Shown here one piece after another: positions 38,612 through 49,111 of a stretch of DNA of 60,000 bases (its first letter is position 1; each line of letters begins with the position of its first letter). The stretch is from contig CM075993.1 in NCBI GenBank assembly GCA_038087875.1, forward strand, positions 1,056,001-1,116,000, read 5' to 3'. Origin of the DNA: Malacoraja senta (taxonomy: Eukaryota). The notes beneath the pieces are model-generated. The model worked only from the letters and a program-made list of their open reading frames with translations. It had not been told where the DNA came from and searched no databases. Both the position numbers and the translations under genes were made by a program.

Positions 38612-39264
38612 GTGCAGGTAGATGGGACTAGGGGGAAGTATTTATTTAAACTTTAAAAAAAATTAAAAAAAAAAAAAAATGTTCGGCACGGACTTGAAGG
38701 GCCGAGATGGCCTGTTTCCGTGCTGTAATAGTTATATGGTTATATGTTATAAAAACTGTTTTTTATGTCTGGCTGTGGCAGCTTTGACAGTCCTGAGTCG
38801 CCTTCCAGAGGGAAGTGATTCAAAGGAATGGAGGCAACTGAGAGAGTACGAGCGAGAGGGGGCGTTGCTAGGCACTGTGATTGAACGAGAGAGCTTAGAG
38901 ATGAAGCAGGGTGAGGTTCCTTAGCCTTTGCCACATGTTGGACCATTGTGGAACAAGCCTACCACCTAGTGGAAATAAAGTGAAACTGCCACTTTTGCAT
39001 GTCCAGACATTTATTTGTTATCAAAACTCTGGCCTAAAAAACAAAACTCTCCCTTCAGCTGCATCAACCTATTATTTGTGTAGGAAGGAACTGCAGATGC
39101 TGTTTGCACCGAAGATAGACACAAAATCACAAAATGGGTTCTTGAACAAAATGGGTCAGCTCTCCACTTCAGGGGCAATGTTGGCGAATGTATTCCAGAG
39201 GAAGAAATGAATTGAAGAAGGTTCATAAACACTAAACTGACCTCTTATGGGTCACATATCTTGC

Positions 39265-39800
39265 CAAATCTGAGGAAGGACATTATAGCCATAGAGGGAG
39301 TGCAGAGAAGGTTCACCAGACTGATTCCTGGGATGTCAGACTTTCATATGAAGAAAGACTGGATAGACTTGGCTTATACTCGCTAGAATTTAGGAGATTG
39401 AGAGGGGATCTTATAGAAACGTACAAAATTCTTATGGGGTTGGACAGGCTAGATGCAGGAAGATTGTTCCCGATGTTGGGGAAGTCCAGGACAAGGGGTC
39501 ACAGCTTAAGGATAAGGGGGAAATCCTTTAAGACCGAGATGAGGAAAAACGTTTTCACACAGAGAGTGGTGAATTCTCTGGAACTCTCTGCCACAGAGGG
39601 TAGTTGAGGCCAGTTCATTGGCTATATTTAAGAGGGAGTTAGATGCGGCCCTTGTGGCTAAGGGGATCAGGGGGTATGGAGAGAAGGCAGGTACGGGATA
39701 CTGAGTTGGATGATCAGCCATGATCATATTGAATGGCGGTGCAGGCTCGAAGGGCCGAATGGCCTACTCCTGCACCTATTTTCTATGTATCTATGTATCT
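39265..39800 (+). mobile_element. HER1/CR1 LINE 3' end
   Basis: Near-identical to 33970-34500; (CTATGTAT)n tail. Confidence 0.9.
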
Positions 39801-39946
39801 AAAATGCTGGAGTAAATCAGCGGGACAGGCAGCATCTCCGGAGAGAAGGAATGGGTGACGTTTCGGGTCAAAAGTCCGAAGAAGGGTCTCGACCCGAAAC
39901 GTCACCTATTCCTTTTCTCCAGAGATGCTGCCTGTCCCACTGAGTT

Positions 39947-40309
39947 ACTTTGTGTATATCTCTGGTGTAAACCAGCATCTAGGCCAGGTCTATCAGGTGT
40001 GAAATTCCGAAACTGCTCCTGACAGATATTCTCAGATACATTTGAAACCTTCTTAATGCTTATTTTGTGTCTAAAATTGAATTATCTTTGATAACTAAAG
40101 AGAAATGGAGAAATATGCAGCAAAGGAAGGAACTTGTCAGAGGCAGCCATGATCTCTGACAAGTTCCAGCCTTTGCTGCAAAGTACAAAATAAGCATTAA
40201 GAAGGTTTCTAACGTATCTGAAAATATCTGTTAGGAGCAGTGTTTCTGAATTTCACACCTGGTAAGATCTGGCCTAGATGCTGGTTTACAGCAAAGATAG
40301 ACACAAAGT
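39947..40309. repeat. ~360-bp imperfect foldback (inverted duplication)
   Basis: 39947-40068 is the reverse complement of 40185-40309; inner hairpin at 40116-40180. Confidence 0.9.
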
Positions 40310-40478
40310 GGGATAGGCTTGAGGGGCTGAAAGGATTACTCAGTTCCATGTTGCCTCTTGAACAATAATGAATGGTGTCCTATAGGTGGGGATGTTAGAC
40401 CCAACATAATCTAAATGAAGATGGTATTTAAAAAGTGAGCAGAAAGCCAGCTCTGCCAATTGGATTGTGATTCTTTAA

Positions 40479-40993
40479 AGGGCCTGTCCCACTTTCACTT
40501 TTAATCCAAAACCTCTGCCGAGTTTAAAGGAGTTTAAAAAGATCAAGATTTTGGTAATCTACGAATATGCTCCCGAACTGGAGTGAGAGGTCACGTGTTG
40601 ATGTTGACTGAAGCTTTTTATTTCACTCACCTTTTTTTCTCTGTGCAGCTGCCGAGCTACGAGTACCCACGAATATCTACGAGTCCCCAGGCTACCCACG
40701 ACTACCCTCACGGCCTACTGCGGTCTGCCAACGAACTAACTACGAGTAAAAAATTGAAATTTTTTTCATCCCGACTATTTTTTTTTTACTCGTGGACATT
40801 TTTCATCGGGCTGGGAAAAAAGGCCCGACTTACCTGATGCCCCGAGTACCTATGGCTGGCATAACGAGCCGCTACGATATATCTACGAACTCCTACGGCC
40901 TCCTACGGACTCGTTACGAACATTCTGCGAGTTTGAATCAGGGGAAAACTCGGGAGAATTCGTGAATTGCCTCGCGAAAGTGGGACAGGCCCT
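40479..40993. mobile_element. PIF/Harbinger-type MITE
   Basis: TIRs AGGGCCTGTCCCACTTTC / GAAAGTGGGACAGGCCCT; 3-bp TSD TAA. Confidence 0.82.
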
Positions 40994-43499
40994 TAAGGAT
41001 AATGCCCTTAGTTAGATCTTCGCTCTGGATTATAATCTAGCTGTGAGTGGTAAAGCTGATTTCAGATAAATGATGGTTATGAACACCACTGAAGATATGC
41101 TGTTGATAGATCAGGGAAACGGCAGCAGAAACGCTAAACTTTGAAAGCAAAAAACTCTAAACTTTCCCTGGAAGGATCTAATCTTCGGTCAAATCAGGTG
41201 GAATTGATTGACCTCATTTTGGTTGTTGCCTGCTATTGGCCATATCTAATGTTTACTGGCGATGTAAGCCTTCTCCCGTTCCTGTTTATCATGCGCTTGC
41301 GTTCAATAACCATCCTTAATTACAGACTTAACGCGGGAAAACAGGCGCAGATGCGTTGCGCGGTGTGTAAAGCTAAATCCAGGTTCCAGAGGAGATGGGT
41401 AAGCCGAATGTTTACAGCCATGTTTGTGCCACCCAGAACAGTAATCCCTTTCATCGGGCCAATTTCAAGATGGCGATCCGCGGGTAAACAAGTCAACACT
41501 TTGTGTAGGAAGGAACTGCAGATGCTGGTTTAAACTGAAGATAGATAGAAAACGCTGGAGTAACTCACGGGAAGGGCAGCATCTCTGGAGAGACGGAATG
41601 TGTGACGTTTCGGGTCAGTATGGGAGTGGGAAGGAGAGTTAAAATAGTTAGTATTTTAACATTCAGGTTTGTGAGAGGAAAGGAGTTTTGCTGCTGAACA
41701 TCCATCTGTAAATGTGGGCATGAAATCCAGATTTAAACGGTGAACTAAAGCACCAGGAAAGATGAATGTCTCACTCTGGGCTTGACGGATGGACCATAGA
41801 TTGTAGATAAAAATAAGACTCAGTAAACATCTTTAAAAACATTTCTGAGGCAGTTTATATCGCATTAACCTCTAGCAGTCTGATTTAACTCCAGTGCTAC
41901 AGTGGGTGCCACTGGAGATTAGGAATGGTCCTACTGATCTCCTTAGTACATTAATTTGATCAACAGTTCAACATCTTCTCTGACCAAGTGTCCAGCTAGA
42001 TACTGGAGATTCAACTGTCACAATGTTAATTCCCTCAGCGGACGGGTCCCGGTATTAATTACCAATTCAATGATCTATTATTTCTGGTGCTCGATCAAAC
42101 ATCAGCAGGAAGAGGAGATATACATTCCCACTGCTAAAGCTCCTCTTTAATTTGTTTCACTAAATGGTCTCAAGTGCCTCTAGTATTTGTTTAAATCAAT
42201 TTTAATTAATTGATTGAAACATTTTGATAATTATCGATGGTGATGGCAGATGGTTGCTACAGCTAATCCTCCCCAATCCAAACTCGCTTGTGTTTTGCTG
42301 ATTGAAGGACTTTATGGGAGATCAATGTTTAGCCTTCTGCTTAGAGGGACTCAGCGGCAGCTCCTGTGTCACCCCCCCCCCACCCCCCCACCCGCCCTCA
42401 AGCTGTAATCCTTAAACCACAGACTGATCACAACATTGTTCACTAAACATTCATCCTCGTGCATTCTCTGCGCGATACAACTCCTTTCTTTTATCTTTGT
42501 CCATTTAGCATCGGGCAAGAGGTACAAAAGTGTGAAAACACACACCTCCGGATTCAGGGACAGTTTCTTCCCAGCTGTTATCAGGCAACTGAACCATCTA
42601 CATTAAACATTATTCCCTCATCATGTATCGATACACTGTAAATGGCTCGATTGTAATCATGTATTGTCTTTCTGCTGCTGCCTCTAAACATAACAAAAGA
42701 CACAGAGTACTGGAGTAACTCAGCGGGTCTGGCAGCATACCTGGAGAACATGGACAGGTGACGTTTTGGGATGGGACCATTCTTCAACGTCTCCTATCCA
42801 AGTCCTCCAGAGATGCTGCCTCACCTGCTGAGCTACTCCAGCACTTTGTGTGTTTTTTTTTTTAAATACACCAGCATCTGCAGTTCCTTGATTCTATATC
42901 TGTCCATTAAACCTCGTTCGTTATAATCAAGACATTGTAAACGCACTCTCCTCATACAAGTCACTATCCCAGGAATGAATCAGGTGAAGCTCTTCCTGAC
43001 GTGGGGATACAAGACGTGGGCACAATATTCATGAATGCTCAATGTAATTGAAGCAAGACATCTCCACTGCTACAGTCAAAGCGTCTTGCAGTAGAGGCCA
43101 ACACCCAGCATGCCTTCCTAATTGGTTGTTGTGACAGCATGTCAACATTCAGTGATTACTGCACAAAAGACACCAATTTCTCTTTCAAACTCAACACTGT
43201 TCAATTTCTCTTCATTTAAAAAAAAGACAACTTTTCCTTCCAAAGTGGGTAGGCTGGCATATTAATCACAGTATAATCCTGGAGCAAGCACCACCTGTAA
43301 TCATGTGTCATTGTTACCACTTAGAGGGGGAAAGAAAAGGAACGGTTTGGAATTATATTCCTAATCTCACAAACCACAATTACAACTCCTCCACCTGATG
43401 GCCGTCCCAGATGCTGATGGACTGTCGCTGTCTGCACTGTTGGGCAATCTCAACAGGTAAGTGGCGCTGAAGAGAGAATGTTATTCTGTCTCCGCTGCA

Positions 43500-44095
43500 T
43501 CTCCTGTATCCAGGTGTGGACTTCTATATATCCACAAGATCAAGCGCAGGCTCGGCGATCGTTTCGTTCAACACCTCCGCTCAGTCCACCTAAACCTACC
43601 TGATCTCCCGTTTGCCAAACACTATAACTCCCCCTCCCATTCCCACACTGACCTTCCTGTCCTGGGCCTCCTCCATTGTCAGAGTGAGGCCCAGCGCAAA
43701 TTGGAGGAACAGCACCTCATATTTCGCTTGGGCAGCTTACACCCCAGCGGTATGAACATTGACTTCTCTAACTTCAAGTAACCCTTGCTTTCCCTCTCTC
43801 TCCGTCCCACCCCCACCCTTGTTCTCCCACTAGCTTCACTGTCTTCCTGATTAAAGGTTACTTTGCATGCCTCGTTGTCACCATCCCCACAACCAATAAT
43901 GAAGCATTCTACATTCTCCTTGATCATCATCTATGATCTGTCGTTTTCACACCTTACCCTTCCATATCTTTAGACTCCCTCTCCCCTGATGCTCAGTCTG
44001 AAGAAGGGTCTCGACCCGAAACGTCACCCATTCCTTCTCTCCAGATATGCTGCCTGTCACGCTGAGTTACTCCAGTATTTTGTGTCTATCTTCGG
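43500..44095 (+). mobile_element. Penelope-like element 3' part: decayed GIY-YIG + terminal repeat
   Basis: CGLLYI...KRRLGDRFVQHLRSV...RKLEEQHLIFRLGSLHPSGMN; intact motif at ~43995-44030. Confidence 0.9.
43994..44030 (+). ncRNA. Minimal type I hammerhead-ribozyme-like motif (PLE-associated)
   Basis: CAGT-CTGAAGA-A-GGGTCTCGACCC-GAAA-CGTC-ACC: CUGANGA core, an extra A, stem II, GAAA, palindromic ACGT stem III and a GUC cleavage triplet. Stem I is very short. Confidence 0.7.
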
Positions 44096-44286
44096 AGAAA
44101 GTTAGTTGCCTGAATGCTACCCTCATAACGAAGGTGACATGGTTGGAGTGTTGGCAAGTTGTGAGGCTGATGGAGTGGCCACTGGAGGGCCTACAGTGAG
44201 TAGATCAGCTACAGCCTGCACCCGCTGCATTGGCCAGTGATGAAAGGAACCAACAGCATCACTCTGACCCAGGCTGACCGCTAACA

Positions 44287-44599
44287 GGGTGGCGCAGCAG
44301 TAGAGTTGCTGCCTTATAGCGCTCGCAGCGCCAGAGACCCGGGTTCCATCTCGACTACGGGTGCTGTCTGTACGGAATTTGTACGTTCTCCCCGTGACCG
44401 CGAGCGTTTACTCCCAGATCTTCGGTTTCCTCCCACACTCCAAAGACGTACAGGTTTGTGGGCTAATCGGCTTGGTATATGTGTAAATTGTCCCTAGTGT
44501 GTGTAGGATAGTGTTAGTGTGCGGGGATCGCTGGTCGGCGCGGACCCGGTGGGCCGAAGGGCCTGTTTCCGCACTGTATCTCTAAACTAAACTAAACTA
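44287..44599 (+). mobile_element. HE1-like tRNA-derived V-SINE, full length
   Basis: A box TGGCGCAGCAG, B box GGTTCCATC, central TGCTGTCTGT..GGA(G/A)TTTG..GTTCTCCCCGTG domain, CR1-like tail and (CTAAA)n. Confidence 0.88.
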
Positions 44600-45023
44600 C
44601 ATCATTGATCCAGTGCTGCGAGGACATTGTGAAAATAAGACATTACATATCTTCGTAGACCCATATCACAGACGGAATCATACAACACAAAAACAGGCCC
44701 TTCTGCCCAACTTGCCCCTACCATGCTAGTCCCACCTGCCCAGGTTTGGCGCATATCCCTCTAAACCTTCCCTATCCATGTACTCGTTCAAATGTCTTTT
44801 AAATGCTGTCACACGGCTTGAGACTTGAAACTGTGCCCTGGAACATGGTGCCTGCCTGCTGCTGATCCAGAAGGGGATCTATTACAATTGCTTCTTGGTT
44901 CTTGGTTTCTTGGTTTCTTGGTCCTCCAAAATATTCCAAATGGAATTTAAACTGGAAGTGGTGGAGGGAGGACTTAAGCCAGAAAGGGTTTTTGGGAGGA
45001 AAGAGCTACCTTAAATTTAGTTG

Positions 45024-45711
45024 TCTATGATCGCTCCCTCCGTAACTCCCTTGTCAATTCTTCCCTTCCCTCCCGTACCACCCCCTCCCCGGGTACTTTC
45101 CCTTGCAACCACAAGAGATGCAACACTTGTCCCTTCACCTCCCCCTCGATTCCATTCGACCTAAGTAGTCGTTCCAGGTGCGACAGAGATTCACCTGCAT
45201 CTCCTCCAACCTCATCTATTGCATCCGCTGCTCTAGATGTCAGCTGATCTACATCGGTGAGACCAAGCGGAGGCTAGGCGATCGTTTCGCCGAACACCTC
45301 CGGTCGGTCCGCAATAACCAACCTGACCTCCCGGTGGCTCAGCACTTCAACTCCCCCTCCCATTCCGTATCTGACCTCTCTGTCCTGGGTCTCCTCCATG
45401 GCCACAGCGAGCAACACCGTAAATTGGAGGAAATGCACCTCATATTCCACTTGGGCAGTCTACATCCTGGGGGCTTGAACATTGAATTCTCCCAACTCTG
45501 CTAGCCCTTGCTGTCCCCTCCCCTTCATCATCCCTCTGGTTGTCTCCTCCCATCCCCCAGCCCTCAGGCTCCTCCTCCGCCTTTTTTCCTTTTTTCCTTT
45601 CTTCTCCCCACCCCCTATCAGTCTGAAGAAGGGTTTCGGCCCGAAACGTTGCCTATTTCCTTCGCTCCATAGATGCTGCTGCACCCGCTGAGTTTCTCCA
45701 GCATTTTTGTG
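45024..45711 (+). mobile_element. Penelope-like element 3' part: GIY-YIG endonuclease + terminal repeat with hammerhead-like motif
   Basis: ORF 45178-45504 (FTCISSNLIYCIRC..C..IYIGETKRRLGDRFAEH...PGGLN). 17-bp TSD TACCTTAAATTTAGTTG at 45007-45023 and 45712-45728. Confidence 0.92.
45619..45655 (+). ncRNA. Hammerhead-like motif, variant B
   Basis: CAGT-CTGAAGA-A-GGGTTTCGGCCC-GAAA-CGTT-GCC (UUCG loop, GUU triplet). Confidence 0.65.
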
Positions 45712-46351
45712 TACCTTAAATTTAGTTGCATCTGGTTGGGTAACTATAGTAGGGTGGAGATTATTCCATGCTTTAATTGTGCGGGGGAAGAATGAATTGC
45801 TGTCCACATCTGTCTTGGTAGCTGGAATCACAAATTGGATCGAATGCCCTCGTCTGCTCCTAATTGGTTTGGGTTTGGTGTAGGTCTTGTAATCTATGTC
45901 GAGCTGACCATTTAACATTTTGTAAAAACAGGTAAAACGGTGAGCTTCACATCTGTCTTGGTGAGGGTTCCATCCCAGAGAATTCAGAAGTTTGGTAACA
46001 CTCGCTTCTCTCTCATAGGTGTCAGTAACAAATCGAGCTGCCTGTCTTTGGACACGTTCGATGGAAGAAATGTTTTTATTTGTGTATGGGTCCCATGCTG
46101 CAACTGCGTAGTCCAAATTAGGTCTAACGTGGGTGAAGTATAGCTTCTCCTTGACAGAAGTTGAACATTCTTTAACTTGCGAATGAGAGTTAGATTCAGC
46201 TCTTGGGGCTAACGGACTCAACGGGATATGGGGAGAAAGCAGGAACGGGGTACTGATGATCAGCCATGATCATATTGAATGGGGGTGCTGGCTCGAAGGG
46301 CGGAATGGCCTACTCCTGCACCTATTTTCTATGTTTCAAGTGTATGTATGT

Positions 46352-46677
46352 AAGCGGCCGATTCGGAACCTCCAAGGCGCTGAGAGTGTTCTTCCGACGC
46401 CGGAGTACCAACATCTGGCGAGAGGGCCTGAATCATCGGGCCGTCCGTAGCGGCGACTGTGGAGGCCTCAATAGGCCCCGACCACGGGTGACAAGAGGAA
46501 GAGGACTGGACTTTTATTGCCTTCCCTCACAGTGGGGGAACGTTGATTCCACTGTTGGGGATGTTTTATGTTTTATGTTAAATTCTATCGTGTTGTGTTC
46601 ATCTTATTTGTGGGCTGCATGGTAACTCAAATCTCACTGCACCAATTGGTGTATGTGACAATAAATGTCCTTTATCC
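46352..46677 (+). mobile_element. Non-autonomous repeat, second copy at 56624-56933
   Basis: Two similar copies from GCGGCCGATTCGGAA to TGACAATAAATGTCCTTT. Confidence 0.7.
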
Positions 46678-47786
46678 TCATAATATAATTGGATAGCATG
46701 CACGACAAGCTTTAACTCACTGTAACTCAGCAATAATGACAATAATAAATGAAACAGACATTTAAAAAAATGATGGTTTTACCCACTCTGGACATTTACC
46801 AGACAAGTTGAATTGGTTCTACACGTGGATGCTTTACATAATCCCTTTGATTTAATTCCCGTACTCTTATTAACAATAGTTAGCATTAGACAAATCCACC
46901 TTCCAAGGTCTGTATGTGCCACACTCGTGATACATTACTAGAGCCTGTTTTAAGTAAGAACCTTGTTGCTTATCTGAATTATATACTTATTGGAATAACC
47001 TGTATGAAATGCATTGGAAATTTCAGTCCTTCCTTCCACTGAACAGCTGGTAAATTTAGCAAGATAAAATACATTGGCATAGTCCTGTTCTCATTTAATT
47101 AAGAGCACAGTAGACATTGAGACACCAGAGAATGCAGATGCTGAAATCTTGAGCCCACTATTAGTTACTTCTCTATCTGAAAAGCCTTGTCGGCAATTCA
47201 AACATCCATTTGGCCCAAGCACTCTACATTGGTTGGAAAGAACTATAGATGCTGGATTAAATCGAAGGTAGACACAAAATGCTGGAGTAACTCAGCGGGA
47301 CAGGCAGCATCTCTGGAGAGAAGGAATGGGTGACGTTTCGGGTGGAGACATTGGTGATGGTGTTCTAAGCCTCCCCCTCATCCCTCTTTATCCTATTCCA
47401 TCAGCAGAGCCTTCAATTCCTCTCTTTATCTAAATTCACCCTTTATTCTGCTTGCTTCAAATACTTAGTTCCTTCATATCTTTTCACACTCAGTGTATGC
47501 CACCCCCACTTCTACTTTTATTTGATCCCAGCCTGCAAGTTGATTAAATCTTCCCAAGACGCTGGCTCCGGGCCAGCTGGATCTCTTGTGGACGCAGCCC
47601 AGACCATCACACAAACCAATCTACCTTCCTGAAGAAGGGTCTCGACTGAAACGTCACCTATTCCTTTTCTCCAGAGATGCTGCCAGTCCCGCTGAGTTAC
47701 TCCAGCTTTTTGTGTCTATCTTCGGTTTAAACCAGCATCTGCGGGGTGGGAGATTGCAACCTTCACGTGGTCCACCCTGTTTCGAC

Positions 47787-47787
<1 letters not shown>

Positions 47788-47826
<39 letters not shown>
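47788..47826. repeat. (TAGA)n microsatellite (retroposon tail)
   Basis: Direct inspection. Confidence 0.95.
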
Positions 47827-47827
<1 letters not shown>

Positions 47828-48570
47828 TCCTTTATTGTCATTCAGACCTTTCGGTCTGAACGAAATTGTGATGCCTGCAGTCATACACAGAACCAATAAT
47901 AACAAAACATACAATAAACACAAATTAAACATCCACCACAGTGAGTTCACCAAGCACATCCTCACTGTGATGGAGGCAAAGTCTTAGTCTCCGTCTCTTC
48001 CCTCCTTGTTCTCCCTCTGCGCTGAGGCGATCGATCCAGGCCGAAGATGCCGCCCTCCAGTCCAGCGGACCTCCGTGGTGATGTCGCCGCCGCCGAAAGC
48101 CGGAACGCCGTCTCCGCTCTGAGACGGCCCGCCACAGCATCAGCTCCGGGTCGCCGCCCCAGCTCCGGGCCGCTGCCCCAGCTCCGGGTCCTGCAGTCTC
48201 CGCTCCGGACCCTGCTGCATCAGCTCCAGGCCGCCGCCGAAAGCCAGAACGCCGCACCAGCAAGTCAGGCCACCGCTGCCTCAGCCCCGATGACGGCCAG
48301 CATCTCGTTGGTAAGTCCTGGCTGGCTCTGCCTCCGTAGCCTCGGGGTCGGTCGCAGGTTGGAGGCCGCCAGCTCCGCCATTAGGCCTCAGCGCAGACGG
48401 AGGCAGAGAAGGGGGATACGACACGAAAAAGTCGCATTCCCCCGAAGGAAGAAACAGAGAACATGTCTCACCCCCCCCCTAACACAACCCAACAAACTAA
48501 AACTTAACCAAAACAAGACAAACAAAACAACAGGAAAAAAAGTAAAGACAGACGGACTGCAGGCGAGCCC
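47788..48570 (-). mobile_element. CpG-rich non-autonomous retroposed element with a (TCTA)n tail
   Basis: Ends TGACAATAAAGG-AA(TCTA)n; inserted in a short repeat that is also seen intact at 15330-15466. Confidence 0.65.
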
Positions 48571-48680
48571 GACGTGCACAAACAAGATCAAATATAACAA
48601 GTTGAGCTACAAGTTTGGGCTGTGCACGCCATACGCAAGAAGATGACCACCATCTGCAGTTCCTTCCTACTCCCTTACAT

Positions 48681-49111
48681 TGACTCCATTTATACCTCAC
48701 GCTGCCTTCGGCAAGGCTAGTAGCACAATCAAGGACCAGTCTTACCCTGGTCACTCCCTCTACCCCCCTCTACCATCAGGCAAATGGTACAGAAGTGTGA
48801 AAACGCACACCTCCAGATTCAGGGACAGTTTCTTCCCAGCTGTTATCAGGCAACTGAACCATCCTACCACAACTAGAGAGCAGTGCTGAACTATTATCTA
48901 CCTCATTGGTGATCCTCGGACTATCTTTGATCGGACTTTACTGGCTTTACCTTGCACTGAACGCTATTCCCTTATCATGTACTGTATATATACACACTGT
49001 AAATAGCCTAATTGTAATCATGTGTTGTCTTTCCGCTGACTGGTTAGCACGCAACAAAAGCTTTTCACTGTACCTCGGAACACGTGGCAATACACTAAAC
49101 TTAAATGAGAA
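48681..49111 (+). mobile_element. Rex1/Babar LINE 3' end
   Basis: ORF 48680-48889 carries the same C-terminal motif. Confidence 0.85.

Larger units (their letters stand above)
35449..38750 (+). mobile_element. 5'-truncated CR1-clade LINE: ORF1 3' end, near-complete disrupted ORF2 and 3' UTR
   Basis: ORF1 esterase end (DGLHLN, stop at 35572-35574), APE motifs, RT motifs, and a (GTTATATG)n tail. Inserted into a Rex1/Babar tail whose halves flank it. Confidence 0.95.
35208..38825 (-). mobile_element. Second Rex1/Babar family 3' end (35208-35450 + 38749-38825), split by the CR1
   Basis: FESLPSGRRLRTVKAATARHK joins the UTR across the CR1. The same UTR occurs at ~405-585, 3100-3253 and 9915-10000. 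Confidence 0.78.
44890..46185 (-). mobile_element. Divergent CR1-group LINE 3' end (non-HER1 family), split by a PLE
   Basis: VRPNLDYAVAAWDPY...IERVQRQAARFV...LGW...SFFPRTIKAWNNL; (CCAAGAA)-type tail at ~44890-44921. Confidence 0.85.

Noticed and set aside
38959..38972. CTCF-like motif CCACTAGGTGGTAG on the minus strand
   Set aside because: A single imperfect motif match is expected by chance in 60 kb.
43411..43456. 46-nt micro-exon candidate ending CAG|GTAAGT
   Set aside because: Strong donor but weak acceptor and no recognisable peptide; unsupported without RNA data.
44287..44360. tRNA-like A/B boxes
   Set aside because: SINE head; no complete cloverleaf, and it continues into the SINE body.
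45460..46221. 253-aa ORF as a single gene
   Set aside because: Chimeric read-through of a HER1 tail, a divergent LINE and an antisense PLE.
48047..48646. 199-aa Ala-rich ORF and CpG-island-like region
   Set aside because: Lies inside an inserted GC-rich repeat; long ORFs are expected by chance at this GC content.
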